From Gammaproteobacteria bacterium (GTDB lineage Bacteria > Pseudomonadota > Gammaproteobacteria > DRLM01), in contig JAHFRV010000003.1 of the NCBI GenBank assembly GCA_023266095.1, positions 29,444 through 93,443 on the forward strand: a DNA stretch of 64,000 bases, in the 5' to 3' direction. The position numbers and the translations under genes were made by a program. Each line of letters opens with the position of its first letter. Position 1 is the first letter of the stretch. Shown in pieces: positions 52,096-61,565 of the stretch. Below the pieces are notes generated by a model. The model worked only from the letters and a program-made list of their open reading frames with translations, was not told the DNA's origin and ran no database searches.

Positions 52096-53343
52096 ATGGT
52101 TATGCCCCGCAAAAGGGAAGAAGACTGGCTCACGTATCGGCGTAAGCCGCTCACCCCGCTCAAGCTCAAACGCCTGCTCATGGCCTACCGCGCCAGCCAG
52201 GTAGATCTCGCGCGCCGGCTGGTGTTGGACAACGGGTGTCCACCGCACGAAAGCACGATGGCGCAAATCATCAACCGCGATATCTGGCCCACCAAAACGT
52301 CGCGCGAAAATCTCACCGCGCAAATTCACGCGTACCTGCGCGAGCTGGGTGTGAGTGATGAGGAGATCGCAACGTCGTTGCAGATTGATGATGAATCCGG
52401 CCGGCCGGTGATTGCTCGCCGCCAAGCTCGCCAACCACCGGCGGCCGGTCCGAATGTCGATTATGAGAACCCACTTCCGGAGACTGCCATGTTATCACAA
52501 GCCGCGCGCAAACATTTCAAGCTATTCAAAGACCCATTTTCGGACGACGTGCAAGGGCCGGACGATGTGTACCTGAGCGCCGAGCAACGCTACATCCGCG
52601 AGGCCATGTTTCAAACCGCCAAGCACGCCGGCCTGCTGGCCGTGATCGGCGAGAGCGGTGCGGGCAAGACCACGCTGCGGCGTGATCTGCTCGACCGCAT
52701 CCAGCGCGAGGGCCATCACATCACCGTGATTCAACCGCGCATCATCGACAAAGGCCGCCTCACCACCGGCGCAATCTGCGACGCCATCATCGCCGACATA
52801 TCGCAAGAGCGCGTAAAGCACAGCCTGGAAGGCAAGGCCCGGCAAATCGAACGGCTGCTCACCGGGTCATCCCGCGCGGGAAATAGTCACGTGCTCATCA
52901 TCGAAGAGGCGCACGACCTCACCATCGCCACACTGAAATACCTCAAGCGGTTCTGGGAACTGGAAGACGGTTTCCGCAAACTGCTGGCCATCATCCTGGT
53001 GGGCCAGCCGGAACTGAAAGACCGGCTGGATGAGCGGCAAAACTGGGAGGCCCGCGAGTTTATCCGCCGCTGTGAAATCGCCGAGCTGATGCCGCTCAAC
53101 GGCAACCTGGAGGAATACGTCGCGCTCAAGTTCAGGCGCATCGGCAAAACGCTGGATGAGCTGTTCACGCCGGATGCGTTCGACGCGATACGTGATCGCC
53201 TCACCCTGCGCCAGCGCGGCAACGACGTCACGGTGTCCATGCACTATCCGCTGGTCGTGAATAATTTGATCGTCCGCGCGTTGAACGTGGCCGCCGAAAT
53301 CGGCGAGCCCACGGTCACCGGCGACGTCGTGCGGGGGGTGTGA
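52096..53343 (+). CDS. transposition ATPase (Mu B / TniB-like AAA+)
   Basis: 415 aa. Walker A GESGAGKTT and Walker B LIIEEAH. Directly after A. Confidence 0.8.
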   Translation: MVMPRKREEDWLTYRRKPLTPLKLKRLLMAYRASQVDLARRLVLDNGCPPHESTMAQIINRDIWPTKTSRENLTAQIHAYLRELGVSDEEIATSLQIDDESGRPVIARRQARQPPAAGPNVDYENPLPETAMLSQAARKHFKLFKDPFSDDVQGPDDVYLSAEQRYIREAMFQTAKHAGLLAVIGESGAGKTTLRRDLLDRIQREGHHITVIQPRIIDKGRLTTGAICDAIIADISQERVKHSLEGKARQIERLLTGSSRAGNSHVLIIEEAHDLTIATLKYLKRFWELEDGFRKLLAIILVGQPELKDRLDERQNWEAREFIRRCEIAELMPLNGNLEEYVALKFRRIGKTLDELFTPDAFDAIRDRLTLRQRGNDVTVSMHYPLVVNNLIVRALNVAAEIGEPTVTGDVVRGV

Positions 53344-53660
53344 GCATGCTGCCCTACATCCTCATTCAATACCGCACGCGGGACGGTGGCTACCAGCGTT
53401 TTTATGGCCCCTGCAAAAACGCGCGCCCGCTGTCCGCGCCGCGCTACGCCGACGAATACATCGAGCATTGGGCCAAGGTGTTCCTCGCCGAGCAGTTGAT
53501 CGAACTCGGCATCGTGTTTGAGAGTTTTCTCATTGCGCCGGCGGAGATACTGGCCGCCGTGCTCGCCGAGCGCGAGCGGCTGCGCGATGTGTTCCGGCCG
53601 CTGTTGCCTCGGCAAGAGTGCGTGCGGCAGCAACTCGCATTCAACAACGGGGAGGGCTGA
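53340..53660 (+). CDS. hypothetical early protein
   Basis: 106 aa. Confidence 0.35.
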   Translation: MSMLPYILIQYRTRDGGYQRFYGPCKNARPLSAPRYADEYIEHWAKVFLAEQLIELGIVFESFLIAPAEILAAVLAERERLRDVFRPLLPRQECVRQQLAFNNGEG

Positions 53661-53662
53661 GC

Positions 53663-53875
53663 ATGGACTTTATTGCGGGTTATATGGCCGGGTGTTTCGT
53701 CACCGGCGCTGTTGTGTTTCTGGGTTTTCAAATCGGCCGCATGGATATGCTCAAACGCCGCGAGCTTGACGGCGACGCTACTTCGACGGCCCCCGATGGC
53801 AAGCCCTGGAGCACCTACTTACTCAAGCGCCGCAAGCACGACGGCGACGGGCGCGGTGAAGGGAGCGACTACTAA
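53663..53875 (+). CDS. small membrane protein
   Basis: 70 aa. MDFIAGYMAGCFVTGAVVFLGFQIGRM TM. RBS ggaggg. Confidence 0.4.
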   Translation: MDFIAGYMAGCFVTGAVVFLGFQIGRMDMLKRRELDGDATSTAPDGKPWSTYLLKRRKHDGDGRGEGSDY

Positions 53876-53994
53876 TGGTCTTTCTTTCGGGTTTTATCGT
53901 CGGTTACGTCGTCGGCGTCGCCGTCATGCTGGGCTTTGCGTTCGTTGTGTGCATGATCGAGCGCGGCGCCACGGCAACAAAACAGGAGGGGTGA
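53875..53994 (+). CDS. small membrane protein (paralog of previous)
   Basis: 39 aa. MVFLSGFIVGYVVGVAVMLGFAFVVCMIE. TAATG overlap. Confidence 0.35.
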   Translation: MVFLSGFIVGYVVGVAVMLGFAFVVCMIERGATATKQEG

Positions 53995-53997
53995 ATC

Positions 53998-54609
53998 ATG
54001 AAATATACAGGCACAGAAATGGAGACGGTGAGCGGTCGCATGGTCGATCTGGTCAACACCAGTCCCGATACGATTTATCTGCCCGACGTGGCGCGGCACC
54101 TGTCGCGCATCGCGCGCTTCAACGGCGCCACGCGCGGCGAGGTGTACAGCGTGGCGCAGCATTCGGTGCTGGTGGCCGACCTGGTGGAGAAGTTCTACCG
54201 CATCACTGATCCGCTGGTGGTCATGCAGGCCCTGCTGCACGACGCGCACGAGGCCTACCTGGGCGACATTACCACGCCGCTCAAAAACGCGCCCGGCATG
54301 CGCGCCGCGCTGCGTCGCATCGAGTCGCAAATCATCGACGCGGTATACACCGGCCTGGGCGTGCCGCCGCCCTGGGGCGGCAACGTGGACGTGATCAACC
54401 AGGCCGATCAACTCGCGCTCCGGATAGAGGCCCGGCATTTGATGTACACCCGGGGCGAGGAGTGGCAAGACCAACGCACCATTCACCCAAAAGCGGCGGC
54501 GCTGTTTCGTCAGCCCCTCACGCACGACCGCGCCTACGATCTTTTTCTCGGCGAGTTCGGGCGCCTGGAGCTTGCGATGCACCGCTACCCCACCGCGTGC
54601 GGTGCCTGA
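53998..54609 (+). CDS. HD-domain phosphohydrolase (YfbR-like 5'-deoxynucleotidase)
   Basis: 203 aa. H...HD...D motifs (VAQHSVLVA, LLHDAHEAYLGDITTPLK, NQADQLAL) parallel E. coli YfbR as I remember it. Confidence 0.65.
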   Translation: MKYTGTEMETVSGRMVDLVNTSPDTIYLPDVARHLSRIARFNGATRGEVYSVAQHSVLVADLVEKFYRITDPLVVMQALLHDAHEAYLGDITTPLKNAPGMRAALRRIESQIIDAVYTGLGVPPPWGGNVDVINQADQLALRIEARHLMYTRGEEWQDQRTIHPKAAALFRQPLTHDRAYDLFLGEFGRLELAMHRYPTACGA

Positions 54610-54610
54610 C

Positions 54611-54856
54611 ATGACGCCGCGCATGAGACTCAACTTGTTAATCGGCCTCGCCACGCAACAGCAACGCGAGGGCGTGATGCGGCAGGTGGTCGAACACCTA
54701 CACCACAACAACCACACCGACCGCCTGCACCGCGTCCAGACCATGCAGCTGCAAGAGTGCATGGACATCCTCACCATCGACGAGATCGACCTCGCCGCCC
54801 GTGCCCTCTCGCGCGCGCTGGCGGGGTTTCCTCAACACCACGGAGCCCCCCAATGA
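54611..54856 (+). CDS. hypothetical protein
   Basis: 81 aa ORF immediately after the HD gene. Confidence 0.3.
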   Translation: MTPRMRLNLLIGLATQQQREGVMRQVVEHLHHNNHTDRLHRVQTMQLQECMDILTIDEIDLAARALSRALAGFPQHHGAPQ

Positions 54857-55278
54857 AAACACTTTTTATCGCGCTGCTGTCTCTGCTCACCGGCGCCGCG
54901 CACGCGGCCGAGTTCGGCTTCGCCGTGTCCGGCAACTACCACCTCACCAGCACCGTGCCCGCCGGTTATTGGATCGACACCGGCGAGCGCGAACGCTACC
55001 GCGCGGACGTCACGGTGTACGCGCGCGAGCGCGCGTTGTTGTTCAGCGCGCAGCCGTACATGAGCGGCAGCGGCAGCCCCGACGTGGCCGGGCTCAACGC
55101 CGGCATCGGCGTGGAAGCCGGCCCGATCACCGTGTCGCTCTACCACCACTCCTGCCACAACCTCGACCGCGCCGGCTGGATGCGGCAGGGCGGCACCTGG
55201 CAGCCGGCGCCGGATTGCAGCGTGAACGGCATCAAGATTCGCATGGAGTTCGGCGAATCGTTTCAGCCGTTGTGGTGA
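54853..55278 (+). CDS. secreted small protein (possible OM/periplasmic moron)
   Basis: 141 aa. Signal peptide MKTLFIALLSLLTGAAHA|AEF. C-terminal aromatic ...FQPLW. Confidence 0.5.
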   Translation: MKTLFIALLSLLTGAAHAAEFGFAVSGNYHLTSTVPAGYWIDTGERERYRADVTVYARERALLFSAQPYMSGSGSPDVAGLNAGIGVEAGPITVSLYHHSCHNLDRAGWMRQGGTWQPAPDCSVNGIKIRMEFGESFQPLW

Positions 55279-55283
55279 TCGAT

Positions 55284-55574
55284 ATGGACAACTACATGGC
55301 CCTGGATTCGTTCACGGCGGCGACCGACAGCGCGCCGATGATAAAAGTGTTGCTGGGAGGTGTCATCAATCTGCATGGGCGCAGCTATGAGCACGCAGAC
55401 CTGCTGCAACTGTGGGCGATGGTGGATGAGAAGGCCGGCATCACATTACGCACCTTCGCAACCTATGGCACGGGCAACCCCATGCCAGACGGCAACCCCG
55501 GCGAGTACGTTGGGACGTATCAGATTAACCGCGGCGCGCTGGTGTTCCATGTGTTCGAGCTGCACAGCGCATGA
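55284..55574 (+). CDS. hypothetical protein
   Basis: 96 aa from MDNYMALDSF. Confidence 0.4.
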   Translation: MDNYMALDSFTAATDSAPMIKVLLGGVINLHGRSYEHADLLQLWAMVDEKAGITLRTFATYGTGNPMPDGNPGEYVGTYQINRGALVFHVFELHSA

Positions 55575-56122
55575 TCAACGTCACCTGCCCATTCTGCGCA
55601 AACCATTTCCCCCTGCAGGCGGGCCTCAACGAGGCGGACTCGCGCCGCTTCGCGGAAATGATGGGCGAGTTGCCGCCGCAGGTGGCGCGGCAGATGCCGG
55701 CCTATCTCATGCTGCACAAGCCCAAGAAGCAGGGCCTGCGCATGTCGAAAATCGTATCGCTCATGCAGGACCTCGCGCCCGAAATCAAAGCGGCTCAGGT
55801 GACGCGCGACGGTATCACGCACGCGGCGCCGGCGGCGGTGTGGGTGGCGGCGCTCGAGAAGGTGATCGAAATGCCTAACCTCCAGCTGCCGCTCGCCGGC
55901 AACGGTCTGCTGCGCGAGATCTGTGTGCGCCTGGCCTCGCGCGAGGAAGGCAAGCAAGAGCGCAAGACCGAGGAGGTCAAACGCTACCGGCCGGCCACCA
56001 CGGTGGCGAGCGCGCCGAAGGCGGCGGGCGATGTGGTGGCGAAAGCCGCAGGCTACAAATCGGGGGCGGCGGCGATTCGCGGCCTGTTGAGCGGGAAAAA
56101 GGAGCAAGAAAGCGATGAATGA
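55571..56122 (+). CDS. hypothetical protein with N-terminal CPFC zinc-ribbon-like motif
   Basis: 183 aa. Confidence 0.4.
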   Translation: MINVTCPFCANHFPLQAGLNEADSRRFAEMMGELPPQVARQMPAYLMLHKPKKQGLRMSKIVSLMQDLAPEIKAAQVTRDGITHAAPAAVWVAALEKVIEMPNLQLPLAGNGLLREICVRLASREEGKQERKTEEVKRYRPATTVASAPKAAGDVVAKAAGYKSGAAAIRGLLSGKKEQESDE

Positions 56123-56819
56123 ATCAGACAAGATGCCGGGCGCGCATCACGATTTATTGAATATTCTGCGCAAGCACGCGGGGCGCAAGAACGCCATCAG
56201 CATGGCGGAGCTGTATGAGCAGTACACGGGCACGAAGGTGCCGCGCAACAGCAAGGGCAAACCGCTGGTGGATGTGCCCACGTTGTCGAGATCGATGCGC
56301 CACATGATCGACACGCTGCGCGATGTGTGGGGCATTCCCATTATGTCGTCGTCCTCGGCCGGGTATTGGATCGTCACCGATCCGGCGGAGCTTGGCGCGG
56401 TGCATCATGAGTTTATGAGCCGAGGGTTGAAGAGTCTGCAAACGGCGGCGCGGCTGAAGCAGATATCCCTGGTGGACGCGGTGCAACAACTGGCGCTCGA
56501 TTTGCAAAACGACGGTAGCGCGTTGCGACAGGGCATGGCCGAGAAGCGCCGCAAGATGGCCACCGACCCGCAGCTGGGGCAACTGACCTTAAGCCCGGAG
56601 GCGAAGCTGGCGGTGATCACGCGGCACATGCAGGAGCTGCTGGATGATCCGGCCAAATACGCCGACCAGGTGCGCGCGCTGCAAAAGCTGTTCGGCCCGA
56701 AGCTGTTGCCGGCGTCGGTGCATGAGGCCATCAACAAGCAGACGGCGGAGGTGCGTTCGATGGCCGCGCGCACGATCGAGGCGGCCGTCCGACTGCAATC
56801 GATGGTGGGGCAGGTATGA
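56115..56819 (+). CDS. hypothetical Mu-like middle-region protein
   Basis: 234 aa. Confidence 0.4.
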   Translation: MNESDKMPGAHHDLLNILRKHAGRKNAISMAELYEQYTGTKVPRNSKGKPLVDVPTLSRSMRHMIDTLRDVWGIPIMSSSSAGYWIVTDPAELGAVHHEFMSRGLKSLQTAARLKQISLVDAVQQLALDLQNDGSALRQGMAEKRRKMATDPQLGQLTLSPEAKLAVITRHMQELLDDPAKYADQVRALQKLFGPKLLPASVHEAINKQTAEVRSMAARTIEAAVRLQSMVGQV

Positions 56820-57355
56820 CGGCGCGGCAGGATTCACAGCGCCGATCCCGTGTGGTATCAATACGCGGAGGGGGCGAAAAAAATAATGATGTACGGCGAC
56901 GTGATCTGGCCAAGATTCATATGGGCGCAAGCGCGCTCGGGCTCATCACCCGCGATGATGATTCAGCGTATCGTCTCATGCTGTCCAGCGTGGCCGGTGT
57001 GGCGTCAGCTGCCGCGCTGGATGCGGCAGGCAGGGCCAAGGTGTTGGGGCACCTTCGCCGCGCCGGCTGGCGGCCCACAAAGGGCGGCAGCAAGGCCGCC
57101 GCAACCTCGGGTCAGGTGTCAGCTGTCGCCGACCAGGTGGGCATGATACGGGCGTTGTGGGCGCGGCTGGCAGAGGCGGGCGTTGTGCAGAATCACACGC
57201 AAGCCGGGCTGCGTGCGTGGCTGGTGAGCCAGACCCGCAAATACCACCCCGCCCGCGCCGGCTACAGCTCCCCCGAGTTCCTCCCGCCCGCCGTCGCTCA
57301 GCGCGTCATCGAGCAGCTCAAGGGCTGGGCCAAGCGGTGTCAGGTGCCGGTATGA
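56816..57355 (+). CDS. GemA-like protein (Mu gp16 family, DUF1018)
   Basis: 179 aa. DLAKIHMGASALGL...DSAYRLML...VLGHLRRAGW pattern typical of GemA. Confidence 0.65.
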   Translation: MTARQDSQRRSRVVSIRGGGEKNNDVRRRDLAKIHMGASALGLITRDDDSAYRLMLSSVAGVASAAALDAAGRAKVLGHLRRAGWRPTKGGSKAAATSGQVSAVADQVGMIRALWARLAEAGVVQNHTQAGLRAWLVSQTRKYHPARAGYSSPEFLPPAVAQRVIEQLKGWAKRCQVPV

Positions 57356-57696
57356 GCGGCGCAAAGGGCAAGGAGCTGCTGGGCGATATCGCGGCCAAGA
57401 TGGCCTCCGTGCTGCGCGCGAAGGGCGGGATGACCGCCGAGCGTGCCCATGAGATAGCGGCCGACGTCGTTGATATGCTGCGCAAGGATTTGGGCGGGCA
57501 GCTGTTCTATCTGCCCAAAGGCACCGCCCTGGATATAGAGTCCCGCGACATCGCGATGTGGCGGGACTTCAACGGGCGGAACCACGAAGAGCTGTCCCGC
57601 AAATACAACCTCGCTATCCCCAAGGTATACCAACGCCTCAAGGCCGTCCGCGCCGCGATGATTGCCCGCGAGCAATCCGATCTATTCACCGGCTAG
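57352..57696 (+). CDS. Mor-family transcriptional activator
   Basis: 114 aa. C-terminal HTH ELSRKYNLAIPKVYQRL characteristic of Mor/C. Confidence 0.75.
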   Translation: MSGAKGKELLGDIAAKMASVLRAKGGMTAERAHEIAADVVDMLRKDLGGQLFYLPKGTALDIESRDIAMWRDFNGRNHEELSRKYNLAIPKVYQRLKAVRAAMIAREQSDLFTG

Positions 57697-57880
57697 ACAA
57701 GCCGCGCTCGCTATTTTACTCTCTGCAAATCTTTTTTATTCGGCGTCCCGTTTTGTTTCGTTGTGATGACGTTATATCCCGGTTATCACGTCCTACTCCT
57801 CTGGGTTATAACATTGGTCCTCAGTTTTCCTTGGCGTCTTGGCGGTAACTCAGATTGATCCGTGTTGACGGCGTGGCGGT

Positions 57881-58960
57881 TCAGCGCGGGTTCTGCCGTA
57901 TGCCCAAGGGGTCGGCGGGATCCACCCCGCCCATGAAAGGCAGGCGGCGGTCTTGGTTGGTGATCTGATAGACCTTGCCTATCCAGTTGTTGATCACCGC
58001 CTCGGCGGTGTCGTGCCAGGTGTTGTCGAGTCCGGGGCGCAGCAGCGCCTCCGGCAGATCGGGAATCGGCGCGCCGCTCCGGCGTGCGGCGAGCAGCCGC
58101 TCGTGATGTTCGTCCAGGATCGCCTGGGTGCGGCAACTGAAGTAATTTTCGGGAAAGGGCGGGTAGTCCGCGCGTTTACCGTCCATGTAGTGCGTGACCT
58201 CGCGCTTGTATTCCTTGAACAGGCTGATGGTGTCGTATTCGGGATGGCCTTGAAAAAAGATCAGACGAAATAAATCCTCGCTCACCGCGAGATGCACGCC
58301 CGCTTCCTTGCTTTCCACCAGCACCTGCAAACCCGCCGCTTCGAATTGGGCGCGGCTCACGTCGTTGAAACGCGAATGGGGCACGTCGAAACGGGTGTTG
58401 ACGCCCTGCACCAGCGGGTGGTGCGGGTCCATCACCCGGTGTGAGAACACCCCCCAGCGCTTGAAGCCGAGGTGGCGGCGCTTCTGGCCGTAGCGGAACT
58501 GCATCACCGCGTGGGTGGCGAGGCAGGAACAGAGGGTGGAGGTGACGTTGTCGTAGGCCCAGTCGATCACCTCGATCAGCGGTTGCCAGAACGGTTCCAG
58601 GGCGAGGTCGGGCTGGGTGACGTTGGCGCCGGTGATGATGAGCGCGTCGAGACCGTCGGCCTTGATTTGCTCGAAGCTCTCGTAATATTGCTCGACATGC
58701 GCGCGCCCCTCCGGCCCGCGCGCGAGTTCCTTCAGGGTAAACGGGTGCATGTAGAACTGGGCGATCTGATTGCTCTCGCCCACCAGTCGGAAGAACTGGC
58801 GCTCGGTGGCGGTGAGCGCGGCATCGGGCATCATATTGAGCAGGCCGATGTGCAGCTCACGGATGTCCTGCTGCAGCGCGGCGTCGCGCGGTACCACGGT
58901 GCCGCCTTCTTCCTGTATGCGCTCGAAGGCCGGGAGTTTTGAATTGGAGACCAGGGGCAT
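57881..58960 (-). CDS. metA: homoserine O-acyltransferase (MetA family)
   Basis: 359 aa. MetA-like N-terminus (LHIGLLNMMPD) and catalytic Cys region. Confidence 0.8.
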   Translation of the reverse strand: MPLVSNSKLPAFERIQEEGGTVVPRDAALQQDIRELHIGLLNMMPDAALTATERQFFRLVGESNQIAQFYMHPFTLKELARGPEGRAHVEQYYESFEQIKADGLDALIITGANVTQPDLALEPFWQPLIEVIDWAYDNVTSTLCSCLATHAVMQFRYGQKRRHLGFKRWGVFSHRVMDPHHPLVQGVNTRFDVPHSRFNDVSRAQFEAAGLQVLVESKEAGVHLAVSEDLFRLIFFQGHPEYDTISLFKEYKREVTHYMDGKRADYPPFPENYFSCRTQAILDEHHERLLAARRSGAPIPDLPEALLRPGLDNTWHDTAEAVINNWIGKVYQITNQDRRLPFMGGVDPADPLGIRQNPR

Positions 58961-58990
58961 GTCAGTTCGCTCGTGTGCTTGTCACGGAGG

Positions 58991-59836
58991 TCAGGCTTGT
59001 TGTGCTACGGCCTGTTCCACCAATCGCAGGAAATCGGCCTCGGTCTTGACTGCGGCCAGTTCGGTGGTGGTGATGGTGTAACCGTATTGTTGGGCGATGG
59101 CCTCGTAACGCGGGATGCGCGAATAGAACAGCCGCGGGAACATCCAGCGCACGAAGTCGTCGGGGTTGATCATCGCCACATAGGGCAGATCGCGTTCGCG
59201 CATGTAGAGTTCGAGTTGCTCGCTGAGAAAGGCCTCACGGTAATAAAGTGGTTTGGGATACTGCACGGCGCGGCGGATCAATTCCTGTTCGTCTTGCGCG
59301 GTGGCCTTGATGTAGAGAATCAGGCTGTGTTCGGCGAGCACGTGCAGCGCCTCGGGGTCGTCGAGCTCGCAGACGCTGCCGCCGGCGTCGTTGACGAAGT
59401 GGCGGTAGCCGTAGATGTCCTGCGCCTTCTGGATGAATACCGGCACGTCCTTCATCGCCGCGATCTCCGCCTGACGGTGCAGCTCCTGGCGGCGCTTGAA
59501 TTCCTTGAGCGGCAGGCCGCCCTGCTCGGGGTCGCCCAGTTTGCCGAGGAAGCTCGACACCGGATGAAGATTGTCGACGGTGATGTTGTTGACGATGTAG
59601 ATCGAATCCGAGCGCAGCAGGTCGCGCAGGAAGGGGATGGCCATGGCCTGCTGCTTGATATTATCGAGTATGGGTTCGTCCAGATAACGGGTGCCGATGC
59701 GGTAATCCCCCGAATAATGGAACCAGTTGTGGGCGCGCAGCATCACCGACAGGCAGGTCTTGCCCACGCCGGACATGCCGAGCAAGGTAATGCACTTGTG
59801 TTCCCAGTTGCGAAAGTCGTTCACGTTCAGTTTCAC
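58991..59836 (-). CDS. P-loop NTPase/kinase-like protein
   Basis: 281 aa. Walker A GMSGVGKTC. Confidence 0.5.
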   Translation of the reverse strand: MKLNVNDFRNWEHKCITLLGMSGVGKTCLSVMLRAHNWFHYSGDYRIGTRYLDEPILDNIKQQAMAIPFLRDLLRSDSIYIVNNITVDNLHPVSSFLGKLGDPEQGGLPLKEFKRRQELHRQAEIAAMKDVPVFIQKAQDIYGYRHFVNDAGGSVCELDDPEALHVLAEHSLILYIKATAQDEQELIRRAVQYPKPLYYREAFLSEQLELYMRERDLPYVAMINPDDFVRWMFPRLFYSRIPRYEAIAQQYGYTITTTELAAVKTEADFLRLVEQAVAQQA

Positions 59837-60198
59837 GGTTCTGCTCCAGGCGGCGGCGTGCCGCGTCGGCTATTGTGTCAGATGGGCGCGCCAATGAAAA
59901 ATAGGCCGGGCACCTGAATTTTGCGTCTGGCGATTCTGGTATCCGGCCCCACGGCGGGTTACTCTGTGCCGAGTCTCGCGGTGGGCGGCGCATCGACAAT
60001 GATGCCCGCCCCGATGCTGGAGTTGGCCGTTACCGGACGTCGGCAAGCTTGGTTTGACGGCGTCTTGCAGGCTCCCCGACTGGTTGGCACCCTCCGGGAA
60101 TGAAGTAGGTGGGAACGGTTTCGGGTAAATTCACGAATACGCGGTCGGCGTGGCCGCGTTTCGTAAGGCTTATCACTCAATCCATGAAGGAGAAAATT

Positions 60199-60600
60199 AT
60201 GAAACTGATGCGGCGTATGGCGCGGAGCGTGTGTGGCGTGCTCACCATGAGTGTCATGATGTTGAGCATACAGGCGCCGGCCGTGGCCGGTATGGTGAGT
60301 ACCGGCGAGGTTATCGCGCAGCAACACCGGGCGCTGGATCGCGGGCAAGTGCTCGGCGCCCTGGCGCAAGAAGACGTGCGCGCGCAGTTGGTGGCTTTGG
60401 GTGTGAATCCCGAGCAGGCCGCGGCGCGGGTCGCCGCTCTCAGTGACGAGGAGCTGCAAAGCCTTGCGTCGCAAATGGACCAACTGCCCGCCGGCGGCAG
60501 TGTACTGGGGGTCGCGGTGTTTATATTTCTGGTGCTGCTGGCCACCGACATTCTCGGTTTCACCGACATCTTTCCCTTCGTGAAGAAAACCGTGCATTGA
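60199..60600 (+). CDS. PA2779-family secreted/membrane protein
   Basis: 133 aa. Signal peptide and C-terminal TM (VLGVAVFIFLVLLA). AAGGAG RBS. Coupled to the downstream peptidase. Confidence 0.55.
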   Translation: MKLMRRMARSVCGVLTMSVMMLSIQAPAVAGMVSTGEVIAQQHRALDRGQVLGALAQEDVRAQLVALGVNPEQAAARVAALSDEELQSLASQMDQLPAGGSVLGVAVFIFLVLLATDILGFTDIFPFVKKTVH

Positions 60601-61565
60601 TCACGGCGTCTGGCGCCCGGCGCTGGCCGGGCGCGCTGTTGTTGGTGCTGTTGTTGAGCGCCTGCGCGGCGCCGCTGCAATCCACCGCCTGGCGGCAGAC
60701 GCCGCCCGCTGATTTGCGCCAGCCGGTGGAACTCAGCACCGTGCCGTTTTTCCCGCAAACGCCTTTTCAATGCGGCCCGGCGGCCCTGGCCACCCTGCTA
60801 GTCTGGAGCGGCGTCGAGGTGACGCCCGAAGACATCGTCCCGCAAGTCTATCTACCGGAACGCCAGGGGAGCTTACAGTCGGAGTTGTTGGCCGCCAGCC
60901 GCCGCCACGGCCGTGTGCCATATGTGCTGGCGCGTGATCTCGACGCGTTGTTGCGGGAAGTGGCGGCGGGCCATCCGGTCATGGTCTTGCAGAATCTCGG
61001 TTTGAGCTGGTATCCCCGCTGGCATTACGCGGTAGTGGTGGGATTTGATATGGCGCGTGGTGAGGTCGTGCTGCGTTCCGGCGGCGAGGCGCGCCATCGT
61101 CTATCACTCGCCACCTTTGAACGCACTTGGCAGCGGGGTGGGGCATGGGCGGCCGTCGTGCTGCCGCCCAGCCGTTTGCCGGCCACTGCCGACGAATTGA
61201 GCTATGTGCGGACAGTCAGTGTCTTGGAGAAGTTGGACGAGGGCCGAACCGCTGGCGCCGCTTATGAATCCGCGACTCGGCGCTGGCCCGCGAGCATCGC
61301 GGCCTGGTTCGGCCTCGGCAACAGCGCCTATGCGCAAGGCCGTTATGTCGAGGCCGCGTTAGCCTATCGGCGCATCTTGGCCCTGGAACCTACGCATGGG
61401 CCGGCGCTGAATAATCTGGCGAACACTTTACTGCAACAAGGTGAGCTGATCGAGGCGGAACGTTACGTGCTGGCCGCGTTGGCGGCGGATGCTAATCAGG
61501 TAGCGTATGCGGACACATTGCGCGAGATTAGGGCGCGGATGGCGGCGCGTTCTGTTGCTCAGTGA
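60597..61565 (+). CDS. PA2778-family cysteine peptidase (C39-like) with TPR repeats
   Basis: 322 aa. Lipoprotein-like N-terminus (LLLSACAAP), FQCGPAALATLL Cys-peptidase motif, C-terminal TPRs. Confidence 0.6.
   Translation: MITASGARRWPGALLLVLLLSACAAPLQSTAWRQTPPADLRQPVELSTVPFFPQTPFQCGPAALATLLVWSGVEVTPEDIVPQVYLPERQGSLQSELLAASRRHGRVPYVLARDLDALLREVAAGHPVMVLQNLGLSWYPRWHYAVVVGFDMARGEVVLRSGGEARHRLSLATFERTWQRGGAWAAVVLPPSRLPATADELSYVRTVSVLEKLDEGRTAGAAYESATRRWPASIAAWFGLGNSAYAQGRYVEAALAYRRILALEPTHGPALNNLANTLLQQGELIEAERYVLAALAADANQVAYADTLREIRARMAARSVAQ

Larger units (their letters stand above)
19500..57880. mobile_element. Mu-like transposable prophage (siphovirus-type tail), approximate boundaries
   Basis: Contiguous phage genes from the tail fiber (19902) to Mor (57696). 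Has a DDE transposase and a B-like ATPase, GemA, Mor, DUF3486/TerL/portal/F head genes, but no tyrosine or serine integrase. Flanked by the host GGDEF-EAL gene and metA. Confidence 0.8.

Noticed and set aside
54801-55283. N-terminal 160 aa of ORF 54801..55574 overlapping the secreted-protein gene in another frame.
   Set aside because: It is Arg/Pro-rich junk. Only the C-terminal 96-aa part from the Met at 55284 is kept.
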